Shown piece after piece: positions 1-10,515 of a stretch of 64,000 nt of DNA (position 1 is its first letter; each line of letters opens with the position of its first letter). The DNA comes from Escherichia coli (lineage in GTDB: Bacteria; Pseudomonadota; Gammaproteobacteria; Enterobacterales; Enterobacteriaceae). The stretch lies in the NCBI RefSeq assembly GCF_011045215.1, contig NZ_CP049201.1; one strand, 5' to 3'. A program made the translations under genes and the position numbers. The notes beneath the pieces are model-generated. The model searched no databases and was not told the DNA's origin. It saw only the letters and a list, made by a program, of their open reading frames with translations.

Positions 1-9
1 ACACTCTTA

Positions 10-375
10 TCATTCGCCGCGATAGATACAACCAGCGGTGCAGGTTTCTTTTACCATCACCGCACTTAACAGCGGCACAACGGGTTTAACCTGATCCCAA
101 ATCCATTTTGCTAAAACTTCGCTAGTTGGGTTTTCCAGACCTGGAATATCATTGAGATAATGGTGATCGAGGCGCTCATAAGTTGGCTTAAACGCCGCTT
201 TTAGTTCAGCGAAATCGATAATCCAGCCCGTATGCGGATCGACTTCCCCGGTAATTTCCAGTCGCACCATAAAGGAATGCCCGTGCAGGCGACCACATTT
301 ATGCCCTTCCGGGACGTGTGGTAAGCGGTGAGCGGCTTCGAAGGTGAAATCTTTAAATAACGTGGTGGACATCAT
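10..375 (-). CDS. queD: 6-carboxy-5,6,7,8-tetrahydropterin synthase (queuosine biosynthesis)
   Basis: ORF 10..459 trimmed to the [10 protein letters not shown] start (121 aa); QueD/PTPS motifs (HGHSF, CxxxxxHGH); divergent from cysJ. Confidence 0.9.
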   Translation of the reverse strand: MMSTTLFKDFTFEAAHRLPHVPEGHKCGRLHGHSFMVRLEITGEVDPHTGWIIDFAELKAAFKPTYERLDHHYLNDIPGLENPTSEVLAKWIWDQVKPVVPLLSAVMVKETCTAGCIYRGE

Positions 376-690
376 AATTTCTCTACAGGACGATAAAACC
401 GCCGTAGAGTACCGGAAAGGCTGTTTTTTCGCATTATCTAAAACGACTTTGTTGCGCACAATCGCTGATTTATCTTAATGATTGGCTAAATTCATTTGTT
501 TTTCATTAGGTTGGTTAATCTATTTTGTTGTTAAAGACTATTGCTAAAACAGGTTAGTCGATTTGGTTATTAGTTATCGCTATCCCGTCTTTAATCCACA
601 CCGTTCACCCCGTTAACCTTACCTTCTCTTCTGTTTTATGGGCGCTGACAGGGCGCAGAAACAGCTTTGCTTACTGGAACATAACGACGC

Positions 691-2490
691 ATGACGACAC
701 AGGTCCCACCTTCCGCGTTGCTTCCGTTGAACCCGGAGCAACTGGCACGCCTTCAGGCGGCCACGACCGATTTAACTCCCACCCAGCTTGCCTGGGTTTC
801 TGGCTATTTCTGGGGCGTGCTCAATCAGCAGCCTGCTGCGCTTGCAGCGACGCCAGCGCCAGCCGCAGAAATGCCGGGTATAACTATTATCTCCGCCTCG
901 CAAACCGGCAATGCGCGCCGGGTTGCTGAAGCATTACGCGATGATTTATTGACGGCAAAACTGAACGTTAAGCTGGTGAACGCGGGCGACTATAAATTCA
1001 AACAAATCGCCAGCGAAAAACTGCTTATCGTGGTGACGTCAACGCAAGGAGAAGGGGAACCGCCGGAAGAAGCCGTCGCGCTGCATAAGTTCCTGTTCTC
1101 CAAAAAAGCGCCGAAGCTGGAAAACACCGCATTTGCCGTGTTTAGCCTCGGCGATAGCTCTTATGAATTTTTCTGTCAGTCCGGGAAAGATTTTGACAGC
1201 AAGCTGGCGGAACTGGGCGGTGAACGCCTGCTCGACCGTGTCGATGCCGACGTTGAATACCAGACCGCTGCCAGCGAGTGGCGCGCTCGCGTGGTTGATG
1301 CGCTTAAATCGCGTGCGCCTGTCGCGGCACCTTCGCAATCCGTCGCTACTGGCGTGGTAAATGAAATCCACACCAGCCCGTACAGCAAAGACTCGCCGCT
1401 GGTGGCGAGCCTCTCTGTTAACCAGAAAATTACCGGGCGTAACTCTGAAAAAGACGTTCGCCATATCGAAATTGACTTAGGTGACTCGGGCCTGCGTTAC
1501 CAGCCGGGTGACGCGCTGGGTGTCTGGTATCAGAACGATCCGGCACTGGTGAAAGAACTTGTCGAACTGCTGTGGCTGAAAGGCGATGAACCTGTCACCG
1601 TCGAGGGCAAAACGTTGCCTCTGAACGAAGCGCTACAGTGGCACTTCGAACTGACCGTCAACACCGCCAACATTGTTGAGAATTACGCCACGCTTACCCG
1701 CAGCGAAACACTGCTGCCGCTGGTGGGCGATAAAGCGAAGTTACAGCATTACGCCGCGACGACGCCGATTGTTGACATGGTGCGTTTCTCCCCGGCACAG
1801 CTTGATGCCGAAGCGCTAATTAATCTGCTGCGCCCGCTGACGCCGCGTCTCTATTCCATTGCCTCCTCGCAGGCGGAAGTCGAGAACGAAGTACACGTCA
1901 CCGTTGGTGTGGTGCGTTACGACGTGGAAGGCCGCGCCCGTGCCGGTGGTGCCTCCAGCTTCCTCGCTGACCGCGTGGAAGAAGAGGGCGAAGTCCGCGT
2001 ATTTATCGAACATAACGATAACTTCCGCCTACCAGCCAATCCAGAAACCCCGGTGATTATGATTGGCCCAGGCACCGGTATCGCGCCGTTCCGCGCCTTT
2101 ATGCAGCAACGTGCTGCCGATGAAGCACCGGGTAAAAACTGGCTGTTCTTTGGCAACCCGCATTTTACGGAAGATTTCCTCTACCAGGTGGAGTGGCAGC
2201 GCTACGTCAAAGAGGGCGTGCTGACACGTATCGATCTCGCCTGGTCGCGCGATCAAAAAGAAAAAGTTTACGTACAAGACAAACTACGCGAACAGGGCGC
2301 GGAGCTGTGGCGCTGGATCAATGACGGTGCCCACATTTATGTCTGCGGCGACGCTAATCGCATGGCGAAAGACGTTGAGCAGGCACTTCTGGAAGTGATT
2401 GCCGAATTTGGTGGCATGGACACCGAAGCGGCGGATGAATTTTTAAGTGAGCTGCGCGTAGAGCGCCGTTATCAGCGAGATGTCTACTAA
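691..2490 (+). CDS. cysJ: Sulfite reductase [NADPH] flavoprotein alpha subunit
   Basis: 599 aa; flavodoxin-like N-terminal and FAD/NADPH-binding C-terminal domains; first gene of cysJIH. Confidence 0.97.
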   Translation: MTTQVPPSALLPLNPEQLARLQAATTDLTPTQLAWVSGYFWGVLNQQPAALAATPAPAAEMPGITIISASQTGNARRVAEALRDDLLTAKLNVKLVNAGDYKFKQIASEKLLIVVTSTQGEGEPPEEAVALHKFLFSKKAPKLENTAFAVFSLGDSSYEFFCQSGKDFDSKLAELGGERLLDRVDADVEYQTAASEWRARVVDALKSRAPVAAPSQSVATGVVNEIHTSPYSKDSPLVASLSVNQKITGRNSEKDVRHIEIDLGDSGLRYQPGDALGVWYQNDPALVKELVELLWLKGDEPVTVEGKTLPLNEALQWHFELTVNTANIVENYATLTRSETLLPLVGDKAKLQHYAATTPIVDMVRFSPAQLDAEALINLLRPLTPRLYSIASSQAEVENEVHVTVGVVRYDVEGRARAGGASSFLADRVEEEGEVRVFIEHNDNFRLPANPETPVIMIGPGTGIAPFRAFMQQRAADEAPGKNWLFFGNPHFTEDFLYQVEWQRYVKEGVLTRIDLAWSRDQKEKVYVQDKLREQGAELWRWINDGAHIYVCGDANRMAKDVEQALLEVIAEFGGMDTEAADEFLSELRVERRYQRDVY

Positions 2491-4202
2491 TGAGCGAAAA
2501 ACATCCAGGGCCTTTAGTGGTCGAAGGAAAACTGACAGACGCCGAGCGCATGAAGCTTGAAAGCAACTACCTGCGCGGCACCATTGCGGAAGATTTAAAC
2601 GACGGTCTGACCGGCGGCTTTAAGGGCGACAACTTCCTGCTGATCCGCTTCCACGGCATGTATCAGCAGGATGACCGCGACATCCGCGCCGAACGTGCTG
2701 AACAGAAGCTGGAGCCGCGCCATGCGATGCTGTTGCGCTGCCGTCTGCCGGGTGGAGTTATCACCACCAAACAGTGGCAGGCGATCGATAAATTTGCCGG
2801 TGAAAACACCATCTATGGCAGCATTCGCCTGACCAACCGCCAGACATTCCAGTTCCACGGCATTCTGAAAAAGAACGTCAAACCGGTGCACCAGATGCTG
2901 CACTCGGTCGGTCTTGATGCGCTGGCGACCGCTAACGACATGAACCGTAACGTACTCTGCACCTCGAACCCTTACGAGTCGCAGCTGCACGCAGAAGCGT
3001 ACGAGTGGGCGAAGAAAATCTCTGAACATCTGCTGCCTCGTACCCGCGCGTATGCGGAGATCTGGCTCGATCAGGAAAAAGTCGCCACCACTGATGAAGA
3101 ACCGATCCTCGGCCAGACCTACCTGCCGCGTAAATTCAAAACCACGGTAGTGATCCCGCCACAGAACGATATCGATCTGCACGCCAACGACATGAACTTC
3201 GTGGCGATCGCCGAAAACGGCAAGCTGGTGGGCTTTAACCTGTTGGTGGGCGGTGGGCTTTCCATCGAACACGGCAACAAGAAAACCTACGCCCGCACCG
3301 CGAGTGAGTTTGGCTATCTGCCGCTAGAGCATACGCTAGCGGTGGCGGAAGCCGTCGTGACAACTCAGCGTGACTGGGGTAACCGAACCGATCGTAAAAA
3401 TGCTAAAACCAAATACACGCTGGAGCGCGTGGGGGTTGAGACGTTTAAAGCGGAAGTGGAGCGTCGCGCGGGGATCAAATTTGAACCGATCCGTCCGTAT
3501 GAGTTCACCGGACGCGGAGATCGTATTGGCTGGGTTAAGGGCATTGATGATAACTGGCACCTGACGCTGTTTATCGAAAATGGTCGCATCCTTGATTATC
3601 CGGGGCGTCCGTTGAAAACCGGCCTGCTGGAGATCGCGAAGATCCACAAAGGTGATTTCCGCATTACGGCGAACCAGAATCTGATCATCGCCGGTGTGCC
3701 GGAAAGCGAGAAAGCGAAGATCGAGAAGATCGCCAAAGAGAGCGGGTTAATGAATGCCGTCACGCCGCAGCGTGAAAACTCAATGGCCTGCGTCTCGTTC
3801 CCGACTTGCCCGCTGGCGATGGCGGAAGCGGAGCGTTTCCTACCGTCTTTTATCGACAACATCGATAATTTAATGGCGAAACATGGTGTTAGCGATGAGC
3901 ATATCGTGATGCGTGTAACAGGCTGCCCGAACGGTTGTGGTCGCGCGATGCTGGCGGAAGTGGGCCTGGTGGGTAAAGCGCCGGGTCGCTACAACCTGCA
4001 TCTTGGCGGCAACCGTATTGGGACACGTATCCCACGGATGTATAAAGAAAACATCACCGAGCCGGAAATCCTGGCGTCGCTTGATGAACTGATAGGGCGC
4101 TGGGCGAAAGAGCGCGAAGCGGGTGAAGGCTTCGGCGACTTTACGGTGCGTGCGGGCATCATTCGCCCGGTGCTCGATCCGGCGCGCGATTTGTGGGATT
4201 AA
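2490..4202 (+). CDS. cysI: Sulfite reductase [NADPH] hemoprotein beta subunit
   Basis: 570 aa; siroheme/4Fe-4S sulfite reductase motifs (TGCPNGC); start overlaps the cysJ stop. Confidence 0.97.
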   Translation: MSEKHPGPLVVEGKLTDAERMKLESNYLRGTIAEDLNDGLTGGFKGDNFLLIRFHGMYQQDDRDIRAERAEQKLEPRHAMLLRCRLPGGVITTKQWQAIDKFAGENTIYGSIRLTNRQTFQFHGILKKNVKPVHQMLHSVGLDALATANDMNRNVLCTSNPYESQLHAEAYEWAKKISEHLLPRTRAYAEIWLDQEKVATTDEEPILGQTYLPRKFKTTVVIPPQNDIDLHANDMNFVAIAENGKLVGFNLLVGGGLSIEHGNKKTYARTASEFGYLPLEHTLAVAEAVVTTQRDWGNRTDRKNAKTKYTLERVGVETFKAEVERRAGIKFEPIRPYEFTGRGDRIGWVKGIDDNWHLTLFIENGRILDYPGRPLKTGLLEIAKIHKGDFRITANQNLIIAGVPESEKAKIEKIAKESGLMNAVTPQRENSMACVSFPTCPLAMAEAERFLPSFIDNIDNLMAKHGVSDEHIVMRVTGCPNGCGRAMLAEVGLVGKAPGRYNLHLGGNRIGTRIPRMYKENITEPEILASLDELIGRWAKEREAGEGFGDFTVRAGIIRPVLDPARDLWD

Positions 4203-4207
4203 CCATC

Positions 4208-4255
4208 AGCCCGGTCTTGTAGGCCTGATAAGACGCGTGAGCGTCGCATCAGGCA
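4208..4255. repeat. REP-like palindromic unit between cysI and cysH
   Basis: Imperfect palindrome gcctgataagacgcg...cgcgtcgcatcaggc typical of enterobacterial REP elements; coordinates approximate. Confidence 0.6.
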
Positions 4256-4275
4256 AGGCAAACAGTGAGGAATCT

Positions 4276-5010
4276 ATGCCCAAACTCGATCTAAACGCCC
4301 TGAACGAACTGCCGAAGGTAGATCGCATTCTGGCGCTGGCAGAAACTAACGCCCAACTGGAAAAACTGGACGCTGAAGGCCGCGTAGCCTGGGCGCTGGA
4401 TAATCTGCCCGGTGAATATGTGCTTTCTTCCAGCTTCGGCATTCAGGCGGCGGTGAGCCTGCATCTGGTGAATCAGATTCGCCCGGATATTCCAGTGATC
4501 CTCACCGATACCGGTTACTTGTTCCCGGAAACCTACCGCTTTATTGACGAGTTAACGGACAAACTCAAGCTCAACCTGAAAGTGTACCGTGCTACCGAAA
4601 GCGCAGCCTGGCAGGAAGCACGCTACGGAAAACTGTGGGAGCAGGGCGTTGAAGGCATTGAAAAGTACAATGACATCAACAAAGTCGAACCGATGAACCG
4701 GGCGCTGAAAGAACTTAACGCGCAAACGTGGTTTGCTGGCCTGCGCCGTGAACAATCCGGCAGCCGCGCCAATTTACCGGTGCTGGCAATTCAGCGTGGC
4801 GTATTTAAAGTGCTGCCGATTATCGACTGGGATAACCGAACTATTTATCAGTACCTGCAAAAACATGGCCTGAAATATCACCCATTATGGGACGAAGGAT
4901 ATTTATCGGTGGGCGATACCCATACAACTCGTAAATGGGAACCCGGCATGGCGGAAGAAGAAACGCGTTTCTTTGGCTTAAAAAGGGAATGTGGGTTACA
5001 CGAAGGGTAA
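4276..5010 (+). CDS. cysH: Phosphoadenosine phosphosulfate (PAPS) reductase
   Basis: ORF 4123..5010 trimmed to the MPKLDLNAL start (244 aa); PAPS reductase family with C-terminal ECGLH motif; GAGG RBS upstream. Confidence 0.95.
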   Translation: MPKLDLNALNELPKVDRILALAETNAQLEKLDAEGRVAWALDNLPGEYVLSSSFGIQAAVSLHLVNQIRPDIPVILTDTGYLFPETYRFIDELTDKLKLNLKVYRATESAAWQEARYGKLWEQGVEGIEKYNDINKVEPMNRALKELNAQTWFAGLRREQSGSRANLPVLAIQRGVFKVLPIIDWDNRTIYQYLQKHGLKYHPLWDEGYLSVGDTHTTRKWEPGMAEEETRFFGLKRECGLHEG

Positions 5011-5028
5011 TTAATGCCGGATAAATTA

Positions 5029-5066
5029 AACGCCTCTGTCAGAAATGATGGGGGCGTTTTTATTTT
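5029..5066 (+). terminator. Putative rho-independent terminator downstream of cysH
   Basis: GC-rich inverted repeat (aaacgcc...ggcgttt) followed by a T-run; approximate. Confidence 0.4.
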
Positions 5067-5274
5067 GCGAGCAGCATTCCTGATTTTAAACGTGAACGCC
5101 GCTGGAAGAATTATCAGGTATAGAATGGCGTCGGGTGCTTGAGGCTGTCTGGCGTTAAGCATTCGCGAGGTTCCAGATGGACAAAAGCCCCAGGCGATAT
5201 TTCTATCAACCTGAGGCCAGCGTTCGAACCTAAGCAATTCGAATGTTAGTCTCTTCTTTGCAGGGAGGCAAGAC

Positions 5275-5427
5275 ATGCTGACAAAATATGCCCTTGTGGC
5301 AATCATCGTACTGTGTTGTACAGTACTGGGATTCACGCTGATGGTAGGCGACTCGTTGTGTGAGTTGAGTATCAGAGAACGTGGTATGGAGTTTAAGGCT
5401 GTTCTCGCTTACGAATCGAAGAAGTAG
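5275..5427 (+). CDS. hokX: Hok/Gef-family type I toxin (small membrane peptide)
   Basis: 50-aa ORF not in the track (below size cutoff): [50 protein letters not shown]; GGAGG RBS 6-10 nt upstream; hairpin downstream; symbol assigned from position in the cysH-cas3 intergenic region. Confidence 0.75.
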   Translation: MLTKYALVAIIVLCCTVLGFTLMVGDSLCELSIRERGMEFKAVLAYESKK

Positions 5428-5459
5428 CCACCACGCGGGGGTAAAACCCCGCGTATTGA

Positions 5460-5619
5460 ATTGTGATGGTTTGGTCTCCTGCACCCTTTTTTAAATTTAT
5501 ATTTTTTATGTGAATATATTGTCTCTATTTATTATTATGAATTTCAAATGAAAATCATAAATTTATTCACAATATAAATGTTTTATTGGCTGATATATAT
5601 CACAGATAATTTTTAAAAT
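5460..5619 (+). promoter_or_regulatory. AT-rich region upstream of cas3 (likely cas3 promoter and nucleoid-protein silencing region)
   Basis: About 160 bp of very AT-rich sequence immediately 5' of cas3; no specific motifs mapped. Confidence 0.4.
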
Positions 5620-8319
5620 ATGCGTAAATATCCTTTAAGTTTACTGAAGGATAAAAATATTGTGACTTTCTTTGATTTCTGGGGAAAAACCCGACGCGAC
5701 GAGAAAGAAGGGGGTGACGACTATCACCTTCTTTGCTGGCATTCGCTGGATGTGGCCGCGATGGGCTATTTAATGGTTAAAAGAAATTGCTTCGGGCTGG
5801 CTGATTATTTTCGTCAATTAGGGATTTCTGACAAGGAACAGGCGGCTCAATTTTTCGCCTGGTTGTTGTGCTGGCACGATATTGGAAAATTTGCCCGCTC
5901 ATTTCAGCAACTTTACCTGCACCCACAACTCAAGGTTCCGGAAGGCGCAAGAAAGAATTACGAAAAGATCTCTCATTCAACGCTGGGCTACTGGTTGTGG
6001 CATCATTATTTAAGTGAATGCGAAGAATTGCTTCCTGCCTCTTCACTCTCTACTCGCAAACTTAAACGTGTAATAGCGATGTGGATGCCCATGACTACCG
6101 GGCATCATGGTCGGCCCCCTGACCGTATTGATGAACTGGATAATTTTCTGCCTGAAGACAAAGTTGCCGCGCGAGATTTTCTCCTTGAAATCAAGGCACT
6201 GTGTCCGCTCATAGAGATTCCCACATTCTGGGATAATGACGAGGGAGTTGAACTTTTAAAACAACTTTCCTGGTATATCTCTGCAACAGTCGTACTTGCA
6301 GACTGGACGGGTTCGTCAACGCGATTTTTTCCACGCGTCGCACACCCAATGGATATTAAAGATTACTGGCAGAAAACTTTAGTTCAGGCTCAAAACGCCT
6401 TAACCGTCTTTCCTCCAAAAGCAGAAACCGCACCTTTCACCGGAATTAATACGCTGTTTCCTTTTATTGAGCACCCGACACCATTACAGCAAAAGGTGCT
6501 GGATCTGGATATCAGCCAGCCAGGGCCACAGTTATTTATTCTGGAAGACGTGACTGGCGCAGGTAAAACAGAAGCGGCGCTTATCCTGGCGCACAGGTTG
6601 ATGGCTGCGAGGAAAGCACAGGGTTTGTTTTTTGGCCTGCCAACAATGGCAACGGCCAATGCCATGTACGATCGGCTGGTCAAAACCTGGCTTGCTTTCT
6701 TTTCGCCAGAATCCCGCCCCAGCCTGGTGCTGGCACACAGCGCCCGTACATTAATGGAACGCTTTAATGAATCACTCTGGTCCGGTGATTTAGTCGGGTC
6801 AGAAGAACCGGATGAACAAGCGTTCAGTCAAGGATGTGCAGCCTGGTTTGCCGACAGTAACAAGAAGGCTTTACTGGCTGAAATTGGCGTCGGCACGCTG
6901 GATCAGGCGATGATGGCAGTGATGCCGTTTAAACATAATAATCTGCGGCTTCTGGGGTTGAGTAACAAAATCCTGCTGGCTGATGAGATCCACGCCTGTG
7001 ACGCTTACATGTCGTACATTCTTGAAGGGTTGATTGAGCGACAGGTGCGTGGCGGAAACAGCGTCATTTTGCTTTCTGCTACGTTATCTCAACAGCAGCG
7101 CGACAAACTTGTCGCCGCCTTTGCGCGTGGCACAGAGGGCCAGCAAGAAGCTCCGTTCCTGGAAAAGGATGATTACCCCTGGCTGACGCATGTCACGAAA
7201 TCCGATGTGCATTCGCACCGGGTAGCGACGCGCAAAGACGTTGAGCGTAGCGTGAGCGTGGGTTGGCTTCATAGCGAACAAGAATGTATTGCGCGTATCG
7301 AATCAGCGGTAAGTCAGGGGAAATGCATCGCCTGGATCCGGAATTCTGTCGATGACGCTATTAAGGTTTATCGTCAGTTACTTGCCCGCGGCGTCATTCC
7401 TGCTTCCAGCCTTTCACTTTTTCATAGCCGCTTTGCTTTTAGCGATCGCCAGCGAATTGAAACGGAAACGCTGGCACGCTTTGGTAAAAATTGTAGTTTA
7501 AAAAGATCATCTCAAGTCATTGTTTGTACACAAGTAATTGAGCAAAGTGTGGATATTGACCTGGACGAAATGATCTCCGACCTGGCCCCCATTGATTTGC
7601 TGATCCAGCGAGCGGGGCGATTACAACGGCATATTCGCGATATTAATGGTCAGTTAAAGCGTGATGGAAAAGACGAGCGTTCCCCTCCTGAATTGCTGAT
7701 TCTGGCCCCCGTCTGGGACGACTCTCCGGGTGACGAATGGTTTGGCAGTGCGATGCGTAACAGCGCATATGTCTACCCCGATCATGGGCGAATCTGGCTG
7801 ACGCAGCGAGTATTGCGTGAGCAAGGCGCTATTCAGATGCCACACGCAGCCCGGCTTCTTATTGAATCCGTCTACGGTGAGGACGTGGTAATGCCGGAAG
7901 GATTTGCCCGCAGCGAGCAGGAGCAAGTGGGCAAATATTACTGCGATCGCGCAATGGCTAAAAAGTTTATGCTGAACTTCAGGCCCGGCTATGCCGCCAA
8001 TATCAACGATTACCTCCCGGAAAAGCTGTCGACACGTCTGGCTGAAGAGTCTGTTTCCCTGTGGCTGGCTACCTGTATTGACGGTGTGGTGAAGCCTTAT
8101 GCCAGCGGTGCTCACGCATGGGAAATGAGCGTTGCCAGAGTGCGTCGAAGCTGGTGGAAAAAACATCGGGATGAATTTTCTTTACTGGAAGGGGAAGCGT
8201 TCAGGCAGTGGTGTGTTGAACAACGGCAAGATCCGGAGATGGCAAACGTGATTTTAGTCACTGATGACGAAAGTTGCGGGTATTCGGCCAGGGAGGGATT
8301 GATTGGCAAGGTTGATTGA
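5620..8319 (+). CDS. cas3: Type I-E CRISPR-associated helicase/nuclease Cas3 (HD nuclease + SF2 helicase)
   Basis: 899 aa; N-terminal HD motifs (HLLCWHSLDVAA, WHDIGK), Walker A (GAGKTEAA) and DExH-like LADEIHA; start taken from the only upstream ATG, true start may be an internal GTG. Confidence 0.93.
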   Translation: MRKYPLSLLKDKNIVTFFDFWGKTRRDEKEGGDDYHLLCWHSLDVAAMGYLMVKRNCFGLADYFRQLGISDKEQAAQFFAWLLCWHDIGKFARSFQQLYLHPQLKVPEGARKNYEKISHSTLGYWLWHHYLSECEELLPASSLSTRKLKRVIAMWMPMTTGHHGRPPDRIDELDNFLPEDKVAARDFLLEIKALCPLIEIPTFWDNDEGVELLKQLSWYISATVVLADWTGSSTRFFPRVAHPMDIKDYWQKTLVQAQNALTVFPPKAETAPFTGINTLFPFIEHPTPLQQKVLDLDISQPGPQLFILEDVTGAGKTEAALILAHRLMAARKAQGLFFGLPTMATANAMYDRLVKTWLAFFSPESRPSLVLAHSARTLMERFNESLWSGDLVGSEEPDEQAFSQGCAAWFADSNKKALLAEIGVGTLDQAMMAVMPFKHNNLRLLGLSNKILLADEIHACDAYMSYILEGLIERQVRGGNSVILLSATLSQQQRDKLVAAFARGTEGQQEAPFLEKDDYPWLTHVTKSDVHSHRVATRKDVERSVSVGWLHSEQECIARIESAVSQGKCIAWIRNSVDDAIKVYRQLLARGVIPASSLSLFHSRFAFSDRQRIETETLARFGKNCSLKRSSQVIVCTQVIEQSVDIDLDEMISDLAPIDLLIQRAGRLQRHIRDINGQLKRDGKDERSPPELLILAPVWDDSPGDEWFGSAMRNSAYVYPDHGRIWLTQRVLREQGAIQMPHAARLLIESVYGEDVVMPEGFARSEQEQVGKYYCDRAMAKKFMLNFRPGYAANINDYLPEKLSTRLAEESVSLWLATCIDGVVKPYASGAHAWEMSVARVRRSWWKKHRDEFSLLEGEAFRQWCVEQRQDPEMANVILVTDDESCGYSAREGLIGKVD

Positions 8320-8408
8320 GATGCCTGCGACAGAGACTCTCTGAATAGTTGATACACCGAAAAGGATGGATAACCGACCTGGATGGTCTTTTTTACGAGA
8401 GGATGCGT

Positions 8409-9971
8409 ATGAACTTGTTTTCACTTCTGACAACCCCGTGGTTGCCCGTTCGTTTTAAAGACGGAACGACAGGCAAACTGGCGCCAGTCGATCTGGCTGA
8501 TGAAAATGTTGTCGATATCGCCGCGCCGCGAGCAGATTTACAAGGTGCGGCATGGCAGTTTTTGCTGGGGCTACTACAAACCAGCTTTGCGCCAAAAGAT
8601 CATCGTCGTTGGGATGATATCTGGGAAGACGGACTGGAAGCTGAAAAGCTAAGGGAAGCATTGCTGTCATTAGAACATGCTTTCCAGTTTGGCCCAGATT
8701 CCCCTTCATTTATGCAGGATTTTGAGGCGCTCACGGGAGATAAAGTTCAGGTCGCTTCGCTACTGCCTGATGTTCCCGGCGCTCAAACGACGAAGTTTAA
8801 TAAAGACCATTTTATCAAGCGTGGTGTAACGGAATATCTGTGCCCCCATTGTTTAGCATTGGCCTTGTTCTCTTTACAGTTGAATGCACCAGCGGGTGGC
8901 AAAGGCTATCGCACCGGTTTGCGCGGCGGTGGGCCGATGACCACTCTGATTGAATTACAGGAATATCAGGGCAATCAACAAACACCCTTATGGCGCAAAC
9001 TGTGGCTCAACGTGATGCCGCAGGATGAAGCCGACTTACCGCTACCCCAAAAATTTGACGATCTGGTTTTCCCCTGGCTTGGCCCGACGCGTACCAGCGA
9101 ACTGGCCGGTGCGGTGGTAACCGATGATCAGGTTAATAAACTCCAGGCGTACTGGGGAATGCCACGGCGTATTCGTATTGATTTTAATACCACCACAGTC
9201 GGCAACTGCGATATTTGCGGTGAGCAGAGCGACGCGCTTCTGAGCCTGATGACGACCAAAAATTACGGCGCTAACTATGCCATGTGGCAGCATCCCTTAA
9301 CGCCTTACCGTGTACCACTTAAAGAGGGCGGCGAGTTTTACTCAGTTAAACCACAACCGGGCGGTTTAATCTGGCGCGACTGGTTAGGCCTTATCGAAAC
9401 GGGGAAATCAGAAAACAATACGGAACTTCCCGCGCTGGTGGTGAAACTCTTTAATGCCAGCAGTCTGAAACAGGCAAAAGTGGGCCTGTGGGGATTTGGT
9501 TATGATTTTGACAACATGAAAGCGCGCTGTTGGTACGAGCACCATTTCCCGCTTCTGCTCAATAAAAAAGAAGGCCAGATACCGAAACTGCGGCTGGCTG
9601 CGCAAACGGCTTCACGGATTCTGAGTCTGTTACGGAGTGCATTGAAAGAAGCGTGGTTCTCCGATCCAAAAGGTGCACGGGGTGATTTCAGTTTTGTGGA
9701 TATCGACTTCTGGAACAAAACTCAGCATCGCTTCCTGAGGTTAGTGCGCCAAATTGAAGAAGGTCAGGATGCGGATGAATTACTCGGCAAATGGCAAAAG
9801 GAAATTTGGTTATTCGCACGTCAGGATTTTGACGAGCGTGTATTCACCAATCCTTATGAGCCCGTTGATTTGGAACGCGTCATGACCGCGCGCAAGAAAT
9901 ATTTTACAACATCGGCGGAGAAGCAAAGTGCTAAAGCCGCCAGGGAGAAAAAGCAGGAGGCTGCTGAATGA
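8409..9971 (+). CDS. casA: Cascade large subunit Cse1/Cas8e
   Basis: ORF 8349..9971 trimmed to MNLFSLLTTPWLPVR (520 aa), matching the Cse1 N-terminus pattern MNL...W.PVR; conserved GLRGGGPMTTL loop region; GAGAGG RBS. Confidence 0.9.
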   Translation: MNLFSLLTTPWLPVRFKDGTTGKLAPVDLADENVVDIAAPRADLQGAAWQFLLGLLQTSFAPKDHRRWDDIWEDGLEAEKLREALLSLEHAFQFGPDSPSFMQDFEALTGDKVQVASLLPDVPGAQTTKFNKDHFIKRGVTEYLCPHCLALALFSLQLNAPAGGKGYRTGLRGGGPMTTLIELQEYQGNQQTPLWRKLWLNVMPQDEADLPLPQKFDDLVFPWLGPTRTSELAGAVVTDDQVNKLQAYWGMPRRIRIDFNTTTVGNCDICGEQSDALLSLMTTKNYGANYAMWQHPLTPYRVPLKEGGEFYSVKPQPGGLIWRDWLGLIETGKSENNTELPALVVKLFNASSLKQAKVGLWGFGYDFDNMKARCWYEHHFPLLLNKKEGQIPKLRLAAQTASRILSLLRSALKEAWFSDPKGARGDFSFVDIDFWNKTQHRFLRLVRQIEEGQDADELLGKWQKEIWLFARQDFDERVFTNPYEPVDLERVMTARKKYFTTSAEKQSAKAAREKKQEAAE

Positions 9972-10504
9972 GTATTGTAAAAGAGGAGCACAAAGCCACG
10001 CTGCGCAAATGGCATGAGGAATTGCAGGAGAAACGCGGCGAACGTGCCAGTCTGCGGCGTAGTACGACGGTTAATGATGTTTGTCTGACGGATGGATTTC
10101 GCCTGTTTCTGAAGAACAGACAAATAAAGTGGCAGGATGAACCTGAATGGCGTATTACCGCACTGGCGCTGATAGCCGCACTTAGCGCTAATGTTAAAGC
10201 CATTGATGAACGGCTGCCTTTTGCTGCGCAGCTGGCGGCGGTAATGTCAAAGGGGCGTTTTACTCGCCTGTCGGCAGTAAAAACACCGGATGAATTACTG
10301 CGCCAGTTACGCCGCGCAGTCAGATTATTAAACGGTTCCGTTAATCTTGACTCTCTGGCAGAGGGTGTCTTCCGCTGGTGCCAGGAGAGCGACGATCTGC
10401 TCAATCATCACCGCCGTCATCAGCGGCCAACCGAATTTATCCGTATCCGCTGGGCGCTGGAATATTACCAGGCTGGCGACGCCGATAACGAACAAAATCA
10501 ATAA
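9968..10504 (+). CDS. casB: Cascade small subunit Cse2/Cas11
   Basis: 178 aa basic helical protein; ATG overlaps the cse1 stop (ATGA); position between cse1 and cas7. Confidence 0.85.
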   Translation: MSIVKEEHKATLRKWHEELQEKRGERASLRRSTTVNDVCLTDGFRLFLKNRQIKWQDEPEWRITALALIAALSANVKAIDERLPFAAQLAAVMSKGRFTRLSAVKTPDELLRQLRRAVRLLNGSVNLDSLAEGVFRWCQESDDLLNHHRRHQRPTEFIRIRWALEYYQAGDADNEQNQ

Positions 10505-10515
10505 AGGACTATCTC

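Noticed and set aside
1039-1464. Many 60-190 aa ORFs overlapping or antisense to confidently assigned genes (for example within cysJ, cas7, iap, cysD, nlpD, mutS, hyc genes, hypF)
   Set aside because: They are fully embedded in or antisense to strongly conserved coding sequences, with biased amino-acid composition typical of off-frame translation of GC-rich genes and no independent support
4123-4275. N-terminal extensions in the ORF track (for example cysH from 4123, cse1 from 8349, cas6e from 12172, surE from 21798, rpoS from 24578, fhlA to 34701, hycE from 42511, ascG from 49673, hypF from 51506, norR from 56685)
   Set aside because: The extensions run into upstream genes or intergenic sequence and precede the conserved N-terminal Met of the family; several begin with TTG or GTG. 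Starts were trimmed to the conserved Met, which usually has a better RBS
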